64,000 nt of DNA from an uncultured delta proteobacterium (lineage in GTDB: Bacteria > Desulfobacterota > Desulfobacteria > Desulfobacterales > Desulfatirhabdiaceae): positions 32,001 through 96,000 of the forward strand of contig CAWBKP010000015.1 in assembly GCA_963789395.1 (NCBI GenBank), given 5' to 3'. A program made the position numbers and the translations under genes. Position 1 is the stretch's first letter, and every line of letters begins with the position of its first letter. The notes under the pieces are model-generated. The model did not search any database. It saw only the letters and a program-made list of their open reading frames with translations, and was not told the origin of the DNA. Shown here piece by piece: positions 31,870-41,158 of this stretch.

Positions 31870-33486
31870 TCAGGGCAGTTTCTTTTTCCAATGATGTTCC
31901 CGAAGCTTCGGTTGTTCCAGCAACTCCAAGGCTTTTCCGGCAATAATCCGATCATCAAAGGGAAACGTCTGATTGCCTATGATCTGATAGGTTTCATGTC
32001 CTTTTCCGGCGATCAGAATCATGTCCCAGTGCCGTGACATGCGAATGGCCATATCAATGGCACGGGCGCGGTCCGGCTCAACGACATAGCCCCTTGCGGA
32101 CGGCGAATTGACGGCATCATCGGGATGATAAGGCGGCAGGCCCTGCTTTCGAACACCTTTCAGGATATCCTCGATAATGGTCATCGGATCTTCGAGACGC
32201 GGGTTGTCCGACGTGATGATGCAGATAGTTGCCAGGCTGGCCGCAATCTGACCCATGAGCGGCCTTTTTTCCCTGTCCCTGTTCCCACCACAGCCAAACA
32301 CGCAAATAATCCTGTCCGTTGTCAGGGCCCGCAGCGTCTCAAGCACATGCTCCAATGCATCGGGAGTGTGCGCAAAATCCACAAAAACAAACCGATCCAG
32401 GCTATTCGGAATGGATTGAAGCCTTCCGGGAACAAACGAAACGGATTCGATACCGGATCGAATGATGTTCAGGGGCAGGCCAAGCGCCAGGCAGGCGCCG
32501 GCAGCGCAAAGCATATTTTCTATATTGAATTGGCCGATCAGCGGGGTCTCAAATTTAAACATGCCTTCGGGAGTTGAAATCACGCCTTCCATGCCAGTCT
32601 GATCTTTGCGGATAATTTCGGGCCAAAGATGCCATCTATCATCAAAACCGACACTCAGGGCCGAAGGCAGTTCCCGGAACAGACGTTCTCCTTGGGCGTC
32701 ATTACAGTTAATCACGGCAATGGCCTTGTCTTTTTTGGGGCCCTGGGCCAGATGTTCGGTGAACAGTTTCTTCTTGCTTTGCCAGTAATCGGCCATGTTG
32801 CCGTGAAAATCCAGATGATCCTGGGTCAAATTCGTAAACACCGCAACATCCATCCAGCATGCGTCGATACGGTTCAGAAAAATCGCATGGGAAGAAGCTT
32901 CCATCACCACATGGGTAACACCGTCCGCCAGCATTTCCGAGAGAATACGCTGCAGATCGGGGGCTTCCGGAGTGGTCAGTGACAGATTAAAGACTTTCCC
33001 ACCATACCGGTAGTTCAACGTGCCGATCACACCTACCGAGATATTTGCCTGCAACAGGATTTTTTCAATGATAAACGCCGTCGTGGTTTTGCCGTTTGTG
33101 CCGGTAATACCAATAATTTTCAGCTTTTCGGAAGGATTGCCGTAAAACTGACTGGACAGGGCTGCAAGGGCTTTGCGACTGTTTTCGACTTCAATATTCC
33201 AGACATTCAGGGCAACGGGCTTCTGGCTGATGACAGCTGCCGCACCCTGCTTTACGGCACTTTCAATATAGTCGTGGCCATCGGCTTTGTGCCCGGGAAT
33301 CGCAACAAACAGCCCCCCGGGCTGGACCTCTCGGGAATCAAGATGGAGAGAGCCGATTTCAGGATCCGGATTCAACTGAACCGGCAACACACACGGCATG
33401 GAAACAGGCACGTCAGAAGCAGACGTCAGCCGAATCCCGAGAACCTGGTTCGGGATAATGGTTTCCAGTAATTTAGACAGTTTCAC
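31870..33486 (-). CDS. murE: UDP-MurNAc-dipeptide--meso-diaminopimelate ligase
   Basis: GITGTNGKTT, TNLTQDHLDFH, DFAHTPDAL, DNPR (meso-DAP-type motif), AGKGHE. Confidence 0.96.
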   Translation of the reverse strand: MKLSKLLETIIPNQVLGIRLTSASDVPVSMPCVLPVQLNPDPEIGSLHLDSREVQPGGLFVAIPGHKADGHDYIESAVKQGAAAVISQKPVALNVWNIEVENSRKALAALSSQFYGNPSEKLKIIGITGTNGKTTTAFIIEKILLQANISVGVIGTLNYRYGGKVFNLSLTTPEAPDLQRILSEMLADGVTHVVMEASSHAIFLNRIDACWMDVAVFTNLTQDHLDFHGNMADYWQSKKKLFTEHLAQGPKKDKAIAVINCNDAQGERLFRELPSALSVGFDDRWHLWPEIIRKDQTGMEGVISTPEGMFKFETPLIGQFNIENMLCAAGACLALGLPLNIIRSGIESVSFVPGRLQSIPNSLDRFVFVDFAHTPDALEHVLETLRALTTDRIICVFGCGGNRDREKRPLMGQIAASLATICIITSDNPRLEDPMTIIEDILKGVRKQGLPPYHPDDAVNSPSARGYVVEPDRARAIDMAIRMSRHWDMILIAGKGHETYQIIGNQTFPFDDRIIAGKALELLEQPKLREHHWKKKLP

Positions 33487-35216
33487 CCTTCGCCCTCTTT
33501 TTCCAGCGAAACCGTAAGTCTCTTTGGGATGTTTTGCGGGGAAATATTCAAATATCCAAGCGTTTCCAGCGCGATATTCTTAAACGCCGGAGCTGCCACG
33601 GTTCCTCCATAATACCTTTTTTGCGGTTCATCCACAACAACCAAAATAACAGCTTCCGGGTAATCGGCAGGAACAAATCCGATAAAAGAGGATACATATT
33701 TTCCCCTGGCATATGCCCCATTGACGATTTTCTGCGCTGTTCCGGTCTTTCCGCAAACGGTATAGCCGTCCAAAGCGGCATTGACGCCGGTTCCTCCGGT
33801 TGTGATCACTTCCTTCATCATCTGGCGGACTGTTCGTGCGGTTTCAGTTGAGATGGCACGGCGCACCGGAGTGGGTTCAATCTTTTTTATGACCTGTCCA
33901 TTGGCGTCTGTCACAGCCTGAACCAGATAGGGTTTCATCAGAATTCCGCCATTGGCTATGGCGGAGGTGGCCGTGATCAACTGAATCGCTGAAACCGATA
34001 TTCCCTGGCCGAAGGCAATGGTTCCGGCGTCGATTTTCCGCCACTTGGTATAAGGTGCCAAAACACCTGTGGTTTCGCCGGCACAGTCAATTCCAGTTTT
34101 TTCTCCAAAACCGAATTTGCGAAGATTTTTATAAAGAATTTCAGCCCCCACCGCCTGTCCGACTTTGATAGCCCCGATATTACTGGAATATTTGATAATT
34201 TCCTGCACCGTCAGCATTCCGTAAGAATGCGTATCATGAACCACACTCCCGCCAACATTATATGCCCCGTTTTCGCAGTTAAATACAGTAGTCGGCTTGC
34301 AGATTCCGGACTCGATGGCAGCAGCAACGCTGAAAATTTTCATTGTGGAGCCGGGTTCAAACGGATCAGTCAGTGCACGGTTTCTCAGATCCCCTTTCGA
34401 ATACTCTCTGAACGCATTCGGATTGTAAGATGGATAATGGGCAAGCGCCAATATGCCGCCGGTTCTGGGATTCATGACAATGGCCATGCCGGATTTTGCG
34501 GAAAACCCCGTAACGGCTTTCTCCAGCGCCTTTTCGGTAATGTACTGAATTGCGCCGTCAACCGTCAGAATCAGGTTATTCCCATCGGAATCGGTGACAG
34601 CGGTTTTTTCGGATTCAAATCTTCGCCCCAGAGCGTCTTTAAGCACCTTGACCCGGTCTTCGGATCCCTGAAGATGGGTGTTGTAATAATATTCAACGCC
34701 TTCTATGCCTCTTCCGTCCAGACCGCAAAAACCCACCACCTGCGCACCCAGAAATTTATTCGGATAAAAGCGGCTGAATTCCGGTTTTAAAACAATGCCC
34801 GGAAGATTCAAATCAGCGAGCATTTTGGATTCTTTGGGAGTGATCTGGCGCTTTATCCACACGAACGGTTTGGTAGAGTACAGGTTGTTAATCAACTCCC
34901 GCCGGTCAATATGAAGAATCTCCGTGAGCGACTTGATCGTTGCACGCACATCCCTGATTTGTTTCGGATGCATCCCTACGGAAACCACATCGATGCTGAC
35001 TGCCATTTTCCGGTTGCCGGCGTCATAAATATTTCCGCGTTTCCCGGAAACCACATCCACTTTTTCATATTGACTCATGGCCTTATCGGCGAGCCATTCT
35101 TTCAGAAATACCTGGTAATATATGGCTTTCCCCGCCATCAGAAAGAACAGTGCATACATAATGGATCCCAGGATCCGGATTCGAAACCGCAGCATTTTGC
35201 TTTCATCTGTTTTCAT
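33483..35216 (-). CDS. ftsI: Class B penicillin-binding protein (PBP3)
   Basis: N-terminal TM, RGNIYD, EPGSTMK (SxxK), SSN, KTGTAQK. Confidence 0.94.
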   Translation of the reverse strand: MKTDESKMLRFRIRILGSIMYALFFLMAGKAIYYQVFLKEWLADKAMSQYEKVDVVSGKRGNIYDAGNRKMAVSIDVVSVGMHPKQIRDVRATIKSLTEILHIDRRELINNLYSTKPFVWIKRQITPKESKMLADLNLPGIVLKPEFSRFYPNKFLGAQVVGFCGLDGRGIEGVEYYYNTHLQGSEDRVKVLKDALGRRFESEKTAVTDSDGNNLILTVDGAIQYITEKALEKAVTGFSAKSGMAIVMNPRTGGILALAHYPSYNPNAFREYSKGDLRNRALTDPFEPGSTMKIFSVAAAIESGICKPTTVFNCENGAYNVGGSVVHDTHSYGMLTVQEIIKYSSNIGAIKVGQAVGAEILYKNLRKFGFGEKTGIDCAGETTGVLAPYTKWRKIDAGTIAFGQGISVSAIQLITATSAIANGGILMKPYLVQAVTDANGQVIKKIEPTPVRRAISTETARTVRQMMKEVITTGGTGVNAALDGYTVCGKTGTAQKIVNGAYARGKYVSSFIGFVPADYPEAVILVVVDEPQKRYYGGTVAAPAFKNIALETLGYLNISPQNIPKRLTVSLEKEGEG

Positions 35217-35566
35217 GGCAGCACCACCATCTGTTCGTGTGACGGAGGTTCCAGTTTCAGTTGCTGCCGGGCAATCGCGGAAATCCGTTCAGGAGATTTC
35301 AGCCGCGCAAGCTCAAGCACCAAACTGCTTTGAAGAACCATCTGTTTTCGATTGGCTTCTACATCCTTTGTCATTTCATATCCCAAACGGGTGCATTGCA
35401 CCCGGCACCAGGTATAAAAAAGAAGTTCGGTAATAAACAGCCCCAGAAGAACAATCCATATTCCGAGTAAATTCGTTTTCTGTTTTTTGGGGGAATCATG
35501 GGCAGTCATTTCAGCATCTCTGTTGAATTTCTGAAAAAAATGCATGTTCGCTGCAATGCTTCTCAC
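35213..35566 (-). CDS. ftsL: Cell division protein FtsL
   Basis: Single TM, coiled coil, LKSPERISAIA; between rsmH and ftsI. Start uncertain. Confidence 0.8.
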   Translation of the reverse strand: MRSIAANMHFFQKFNRDAEMTAHDSPKKQKTNLLGIWIVLLGLFITELLFYTWCRVQCTRLGYEMTKDVEANRKQMVLQSSLVLELARLKSPERISAIARQQLKLEPPSHEQMVVLP

Positions 35567-36501
35567 AGCTTCTCCATGGCCCGAAGCCGCGTACTTCTGG
35601 CCATGGGGTTTTGCTGAATTTCATTTTCAGTGGGCCGCACGGCTTTTGATGTCAGCAGACGGGCTCTGGGAACCTTGTTGCATATGCATCGGGGAAAGTC
35701 CGGAGGGCAGGTGCATTTGGATTGCAAATGACGCATATGCTGTTTGACCATTCGATCTTCAAGCGAATGAAATGACAGCACACAGAGCCTTCCCCCTGGA
35801 TTTAACAGATCAGCGGCCTGTAACAAAAACGCCTCCAATCTTTCAATTTCATGATTGACGACGATACGAAGTGCCATAAACACCCGTGTTGCCGGGTGAA
35901 TTTTTGATTTATAGCGCGCAACTGGCGGTACGGCTTCACTTACGATTTTCGCAAGCTGGCTGCTGGTGGATATGGACTGGCGTTTTCGAATTTTAACGAT
36001 TTCCCGGGCAATCGCCCGGGAATGTCGCTCTTCGCCGTAACGAAAAAAAAGGTCTGCAAGAGCTGCTTCATCCAGACGATGAAGCAAGGTTTCGGCTGTC
36101 GTATCGGATCGCACATCCATTCGCATATCCAGAGGTTCGTCGGCTTTAAAACTGAATCCCCTGCCGCTTTGCGCAATCTGATGAAAGGATAACCCCAGGT
36201 CCACGAGCATCCCATCAACAGCATGAATGTTTAATTGTGACAGGAAATCCGCTGTTTGAACAAAATTGCCATGAAACAACCGCACCTGCTGAAGGTAATC
36301 CTTTAAAACGATTTGCGCATTTTCAATGGCATCCGCGTCCTGATCAATGCCAATCAGCAAGCCGCCGGGAATCATTTTCTCACAAATCCCCCTGGCGTGA
36401 CCGCAACCCCCCAGCGTACAGTCAACATAAATCTTTCCCGGCTGGCAGTTCAGATAATATGCCACTTCCCGGGGCATTGCTGGAATGTGGTGATAAGGCA
36501 T
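35563..36501 (-). CDS. rsmH: 16S rRNA m4C1402 methyltransferase
   Basis: DCTLGGCGH, DLGLS, RGFSF, PLDMRMD, SFHSLEDR, NPMARS. Confidence 0.97.
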   Translation of the reverse strand: MPYHHIPAMPREVAYYLNCQPGKIYVDCTLGGCGHARGICEKMIPGGLLIGIDQDADAIENAQIVLKDYLQQVRLFHGNFVQTADFLSQLNIHAVDGMLVDLGLSFHQIAQSGRGFSFKADEPLDMRMDVRSDTTAETLLHRLDEAALADLFFRYGEERHSRAIAREIVKIRKRQSISTSSQLAKIVSEAVPPVARYKSKIHPATRVFMALRIVVNHEIERLEAFLLQAADLLNPGGRLCVLSFHSLEDRMVKQHMRHLQSKCTCPPDFPRCICNKVPRARLLTSKAVRPTENEIQQNPMARSTRLRAMEKL

Positions 36502-36503
36502 GC

Positions 36504-36950
36504 TTAAAGTCCTAATCTGGCAATCTCGTTTCTGACATCCTCCTTTTTCATATCCGCTTCCATCTTCAGATTCTCATTGTCCCAGGTTTCACGCGACCAG
36601 ATTTCGAAGTGGTCAAGCACACCGACCACAACGATTTCCTTGTCCAGCCCGGCATATTGCCGTAGACTGGGGGGAATCAAAACCCTCTCCTGCTTGTCAC
36701 AGAGGCACTCATAGGCACCGCCGATAAAGACCCTTCGGAATCTTCGCATGCTCTCGCTTCTTTCAACCAGGGACAAAATCCGGGTTTCAATTTTATGCCA
36801 CTCCGGAAGGGTATAGGCCACCAGACCGAGGTCCATTCCGGAAACCATCAGCGAGTCACTTCCGCTGGCGTGAATCACCTCCCGGAATCTAGCCGGAACG
36901 ATAATCCTGCCCTTTCCATCAATGGTATGAAAGCTGCTTCCCCGGAACAT
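36504..36950 (-). CDS. mraZ: Transcriptional regulator MraZ
   Basis: MFRG...IDGKGRIIVPARFR, DKQERVLIP, FEIW. Confidence 0.96.
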   Translation of the reverse strand: MFRGSSFHTIDGKGRIIVPARFREVIHASGSDSLMVSGMDLGLVAYTLPEWHKIETRILSLVERSESMRRFRRVFIGGAYECLCDKQERVLIPPSLRQYAGLDKEIVVVGVLDHFEIWSRETWDNENLKMEADMKKEDVRNEIARLGL

Positions 36951-36958
36951 CCGTTTTC

Positions 36959-36974
36959 CTCCACTTTACTCCAC
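36959..36974 (-). promoter_or_regulatory. Putative MraZ-binding repeats (GTGGAG-N4-GTGGAG) at the mraZ RBS
   Basis: Minus strand GTGGAGtaaaGTGGAG, 8 nt before the mraZ ATG; 10-bp periodicity as in described MraZ operators. Confidence 0.65.
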
Positions 36975-37076
36975 GGAATTCATACAAATACATTTTTATA
37001 ATTGTGTCAAGAGAAATTCGATTTAGCATATCTAATAATTTATTATTGTTAATAATCAAATTCTCTAAACAATCAA

Positions 37077-37092
37077 GTGGAGTTTTGTGGAG
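37077..37092 (+). promoter_or_regulatory. Second GTGGAG-N4-GTGGAG pair, opposite orientation
   Basis: Plus strand GTGGAGttttGTGGAG. Confidence 0.5.
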
Positions 37093-37352
37093 ATATTTAA
37101 ATGCCGCGAATACTTGAGGCGCTTTTCATGACAACGCGCCTTTTCATCGCCGCTTGATATTACATAACTATTTAATATCGATTAATATAATTTTACAGGA
37201 ATATGGTGCATGCGCATACAGATAGCGGCCGGAATGACACGGGTAAACATCATTTTTATGTCTGAAGGGTGTCATTGTGTGTTTTTATGTACTTTCACGG
37301 CAGACAACCCCGGCATCCATGAATTCGTGCAGCATGATTTAATATTCGACTA

Positions 37353-37367
37353 TTGAATTTAATTCAA
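37353..37367. promoter_or_regulatory. Perfect palindrome, candidate TetR operator
   Basis: TTGAATT-T-AATTCAA, 25 nt upstream of a TTGACA box. Confidence 0.4.
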
Positions 37368-37392
37368 AATTATAACGATACTCAAATATTAC

Positions 37393-37421
37393 TTGACATT
37401 TTTCAAATAGCTCCATATTTC
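37393..37421 (+). promoter_or_regulatory. Putative sigma70 promoter of the acyl-CoA cluster
   Basis: TTGACA-17 nt-TATTTC, about 80 nt upstream of the ATG at 37501. Confidence 0.5.
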
Positions 37422-37500
37422 AGTGATTCAGCCATTGCACATAATTCGCATTACAAATTTTCTTCAGCGGATTTCCGCCTCACCATGCCGGAGGGCGTAC

Positions 37501-38643
37501 ATGGATTTTGCATTTACCAGAGAGCAGCGCCTGTTCAAAAAAGAAGTGATCAATTTTGCCAGAAAAGAAATTGTCCCAAGGGTCCAGGAGCATGATCTGA
37601 AAGGCGAATTTGATTTTGAGTCGTTCCGAAAAATGGGAGATTTTGGAATACTGGGGCTTCATTTTCCTGAAGCGCTTGGCGGCGGCGGGGCAGATGTCGT
37701 TACCACCGTACTTGCCGGAGAGGCACTTGGTGAAGCTGGCGTTGATGGGGGGCTGACCCTTGCCTATGGCGCGCATTCCTTTTTGTGCGCAGACACCATT
37801 TTCCGGCATGCTGCCGAGGCGGTGCGGAAAAAATACATCCCCAGACTGGTCAGCGGCGAGTGGATCGGCTGCATGGGCCTTTCTGAACCGGATGCCGGAT
37901 CTGACGTGGCCGCGTTACGAACCACGGCAGAAAAATGCGGGGACAAGTATGTGCTGAATGGTGTTAAAATGTGGATCACCAACGGCCCGATTGCCGACGT
38001 GGCCGTGGTTTACGCCAAAACCCGACCTGAGTTGCAACATGCCGGCATGTCGGCGTTTATTGTGGAAGCGGGTACGCCTGGATTTACTGCGGGGCCGCCT
38101 CTGATCAAAATGGGGGTAAGAACCTCTCACACCTCCGAGCTGGTATTTAACCGCTGCGAAATACCGGCTGAAAACCTTCTGGGAAATGAAGGCGACGGAT
38201 TCTTAATGGCCATGCAGACCGTGGAATGGGACCGAAGTGCTCTGCTGGCGCCGCTTGTGGGATCTGCGACATATCTATTGAAAAAATGTTCCCGGTACGC
38301 CAAGGGCAGGGTGCAGTTTGGAAGGCCCATTGCCCAGTTCCAGGCCATCAAGCACAAGCTGGCGGATATTCGCATCTTTGGGGAGGCTGCACGCGCTCTG
38401 GTATACCGGATTGCCTGGTGCAAGGATCAAGGAAGACCCCTCAACCACCTGGAAGCGGCTGTGGCCAAACTCTTTGTAGGTGACTGGAGTCTTGGCCCGA
38501 CAAATGACGCGGTGGTGCTTCACGGCGGATACGGCTACACTCACGAATTTGACGTGGAGCGGATTTTCAGAGATAGCCGCCTGGCACCCATTGGCGGCGG
38601 CACCTCAGAAATTCAGAAAATGATCATTTCCAAACTGATGTAA
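37501..38643 (+). CDS. Acyl-CoA dehydrogenase family protein (subunit 1)
   Basis: GGAGG RBS then MDFAFTREQ; MGLSEPDAGSD, LNGVKMWITN, RVQFGRPIAQFQ, HGGYGY, IGGGTSEIQK. Confidence 0.95.
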   Translation: MDFAFTREQRLFKKEVINFARKEIVPRVQEHDLKGEFDFESFRKMGDFGILGLHFPEALGGGGADVVTTVLAGEALGEAGVDGGLTLAYGAHSFLCADTIFRHAAEAVRKKYIPRLVSGEWIGCMGLSEPDAGSDVAALRTTAEKCGDKYVLNGVKMWITNGPIADVAVVYAKTRPELQHAGMSAFIVEAGTPGFTAGPPLIKMGVRTSHTSELVFNRCEIPAENLLGNEGDGFLMAMQTVEWDRSALLAPLVGSATYLLKKCSRYAKGRVQFGRPIAQFQAIKHKLADIRIFGEAARALVYRIAWCKDQGRPLNHLEAAVAKLFVGDWSLGPTNDAVVLHGGYGYTHEFDVERIFRDSRLAPIGGGTSEIQKMIISKLM

Positions 38644-38703
38644 AAGACCAACAGCAGGCATTAAGACGATGCTGTTTCGTGTTGACCCAAGGGGGGCAAT
38701 AAT

Positions 38704-39819
38704 ATGAATTTTGATTTTTCCGAGGCCGAACAGGCCCTGTTTAAAGATATCCAAGACAGAATGAGGAGATACGCCGCAGGAAAAAATCTTGAGACCCAGG
38801 AAATTTCCCGGATTAAAGATGCTTTGGCGATTCTGGGGAAAACCCCATACCTGAAACTCGGGCTGGAAAATCCGAAAGAATTTGGCGGAACCTCCCTGAT
38901 GGGCGCAATGGAAACCCTGGCCGCACTCTCCCCCTCCCTGTATCTATCCGTTGAAATGAGCGCACGCCTTTTTGGCGGCATCGTCGCCGCGTGGGGTAAC
39001 ACCGCACAGAAAAAACAATGGCTGGATCCCCTGATGAAGGGTCAATGTCTGGGCGCCGTGGCCCTTTCCGAAGATTCCCTGAATGTGGACAATGATCCGC
39101 TGAAAACCACCGGAACTCAAAATGGGGAGTTTCTCAGCATTACCGGTGACAAAACCTATGTAATCAACGGCCCTGTTGCAGACTGGTTTGCGGTGGCAGG
39201 GGTGATGAATGGCCGGCTTGCTCTGTTCATTGTCGAACAGGGAAACCCCGGCCTTTCCGCCGGAGACCCATTCCATACGCTGGGATACGAGGGAACGTCC
39301 ATTTCGCGAATTTCACTTAGAAATTGCCGGATATCCATGGACCAGGTCATTTGTCCTGTTGAAGAACACCGGATTCTGGCGACCCTTCGACTCTGGGAAA
39401 ATCAAATTCTTCTGGGAGCATCTCTGGGCCTGATGAGGGCTTCGTTTGAATCCGCCAGAGAGTTTGCCAAAACCCATCGAAGCGGCGGAAAACCGATTAT
39501 TGCCTACCAGGAAGTGGCTTTCAAACTTTCAGAAATGCTGACCCTGTTGCAGACTTCTCAGCTTTTTGCGTACCGGACTGCCTGGACACTTGATACAAGC
39601 CCGATGGCGGCCGAATCCCTGATGTGGTGCGCCAAGGTATTCTGCACCGAAGCTGCGGAAAAAGTGGCCGGCTATAGCCTTCAAATCCTTGCAGGCTCTG
39701 GATATATTTCCGGAAATCCCTCTGAAATCGCCTATCGGTGCGCCAAATACGGCCAGATCGCAGGGACTTCAACTGAGATTTCCCGCGTAAAAATCGGCGA
39801 CGCTGCCCTGGGATATTGA
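38704..39819 (+). CDS. Divergent acyl-CoA dehydrogenase family protein (subunit 2)
   Basis: AVALSED, ITGDKTYVING, GKPIIAYQEVAFKLSEM, AKVFCTE; degenerate C-terminal motif QIAGTSTEI. Confidence 0.88.
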   Translation: MNFDFSEAEQALFKDIQDRMRRYAAGKNLETQEISRIKDALAILGKTPYLKLGLENPKEFGGTSLMGAMETLAALSPSLYLSVEMSARLFGGIVAAWGNTAQKKQWLDPLMKGQCLGAVALSEDSLNVDNDPLKTTGTQNGEFLSITGDKTYVINGPVADWFAVAGVMNGRLALFIVEQGNPGLSAGDPFHTLGYEGTSISRISLRNCRISMDQVICPVEEHRILATLRLWENQILLGASLGLMRASFESAREFAKTHRSGGKPIIAYQEVAFKLSEMLTLLQTSQLFAYRTAWTLDTSPMAAESLMWCAKVFCTEAAEKVAGYSLQILAGSGYISGNPSEIAYRCAKYGQIAGTSTEISRVKIGDAALGY

Positions 39820-39926
39820 TAGGATTTTACAGCCCCTGAACGTCAGCCCCTGCTGTCAACAGCAGATTCAAAACCAGTCACAAGTACTGTAATTTATTAA
39901 AAAGAGAGGAAACAAACGCGTTTATC

Positions 39927-40580
39927 ATGCAACCCGAACAAACCGAAACCATTTCAAGAAGTGCTCAGCGACGACTGCGGGAGCGGGAATTGCGCTACCA
40001 GACCATTTTGCGAGCTTCCGAAACCCTGTTCGCCGGTGAGGGGTATCACAAGGCCAGCATGGAGCGCATCGCCGACCTGTCCGAGGTTTCGGTCGGAACT
40101 GTTTATTTTTATTTCAAGAACAAGGAAGATCTTTTGATACAGCTTCTGGATGAAATCGGATTTGAACTCAGGAACATGCTCGGCGCGGAGTTTCGAAAAA
40201 CCGATGTCGGCCTGGATGGATTCAGGCGGGCTGGAAAGATATTTTTTGAGGAATTCTGCCCCAAACACCCGGATCGCATCGCCATTATCTTCCGGGAATC
40301 CGTTGGGCAGAGCAGCCAGGTGGAAGACCACCGCAAGCTGATATTTGACCGGCTCATTGCCGATGTCCAGAATGCCTTGATCCGTCTCGGCCAGAACAAA
40401 AAGGCCGACTTTCCCGGCACGCTTTCCGCTGAAGTCATGGCTGTCAGCATCATGGGCATGTTTGAGCGTCTGGCCTATCACTATCTGATCTGGCAGGACA
40501 GATCCGACGAACTGAAGACCATCAGCAAAGATGCCGTAGACTTTATTGTGGGCGGCATCAGCCGGGTACTATGCATTTAA
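39927..40580 (+). CDS. TetR/AcrR-family transcriptional regulator
   Basis: HTH motif LFAGEGYHKASMERIADLSEVSVGTVYFYFKNKEDL. Confidence 0.95.
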   Translation: MQPEQTETISRSAQRRLRERELRYQTILRASETLFAGEGYHKASMERIADLSEVSVGTVYFYFKNKEDLLIQLLDEIGFELRNMLGAEFRKTDVGLDGFRRAGKIFFEEFCPKHPDRIAIIFRESVGQSSQVEDHRKLIFDRLIADVQNALIRLGQNKKADFPGTLSAEVMAVSIMGMFERLAYHYLIWQDRSDELKTISKDAVDFIVGGISRVLCI

Positions 40581-41119
40581 AGGGCGCTCTGCACGTTCAT
40601 ACCACATGCTCGGACGGTCGGCTGACCATCCAGGAAGCCGTGGCTGTTTATGAAGCTCTGGGGTTTGATTTCATTGCACTGACCGACCACGATTTTCTGC
40701 TTCGACCGGATTGCTATGCGGCAATCCCCCAAATCCAAACCCGGATGATCCTATTTCCCGGCGTTGAGATGACAGTCTATGAAAAAGGATACGTCCATAT
40801 CAACCGGATTTCCGGCGATCGGGAAACGCTATATGTGTTCAATCATCCTTCAGAGCTGAATCTGCCGATTTCCAAAGTAAGGGATCGAATTCAGGCCATT
40901 GGCATGCAATTGCCGCTGGATGCCGTTGAAATCACTTCAAAAGGTTTCAGGACACCGGAATACGACATCCCGGAAATTCCCTATGTCAAAATCGCCACCG
41001 ACGATTCCCATACCCGGATGGGGTGCGGCAGAGCCTGGGTAGAGATGGACTGCGTTCGGAACAAGGACGCAATCATCCGGGCGATCCGTCACGGGGATTT
41101 CTGGAATTGCTATTTATAA
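40571..41119 (+). CDS. Small PHP-domain metallohydrolase
   Basis: LHVHTTCSDG, DFIALTDHD, PGVE, FNHP, ATDDSH. Confidence 0.85.
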   Translation: MHLKGALHVHTTCSDGRLTIQEAVAVYEALGFDFIALTDHDFLLRPDCYAAIPQIQTRMILFPGVEMTVYEKGYVHINRISGDRETLYVFNHPSELNLPISKVRDRIQAIGMQLPLDAVEITSKGFRTPEYDIPEIPYVKIATDDSHTRMGCGRAWVEMDCVRNKDAIIRAIRHGDFWNCYL

Positions 41120-41158
41120 CGGCGCATTTTCTTTTTCACACTTGGTCAGGAGGCAATT

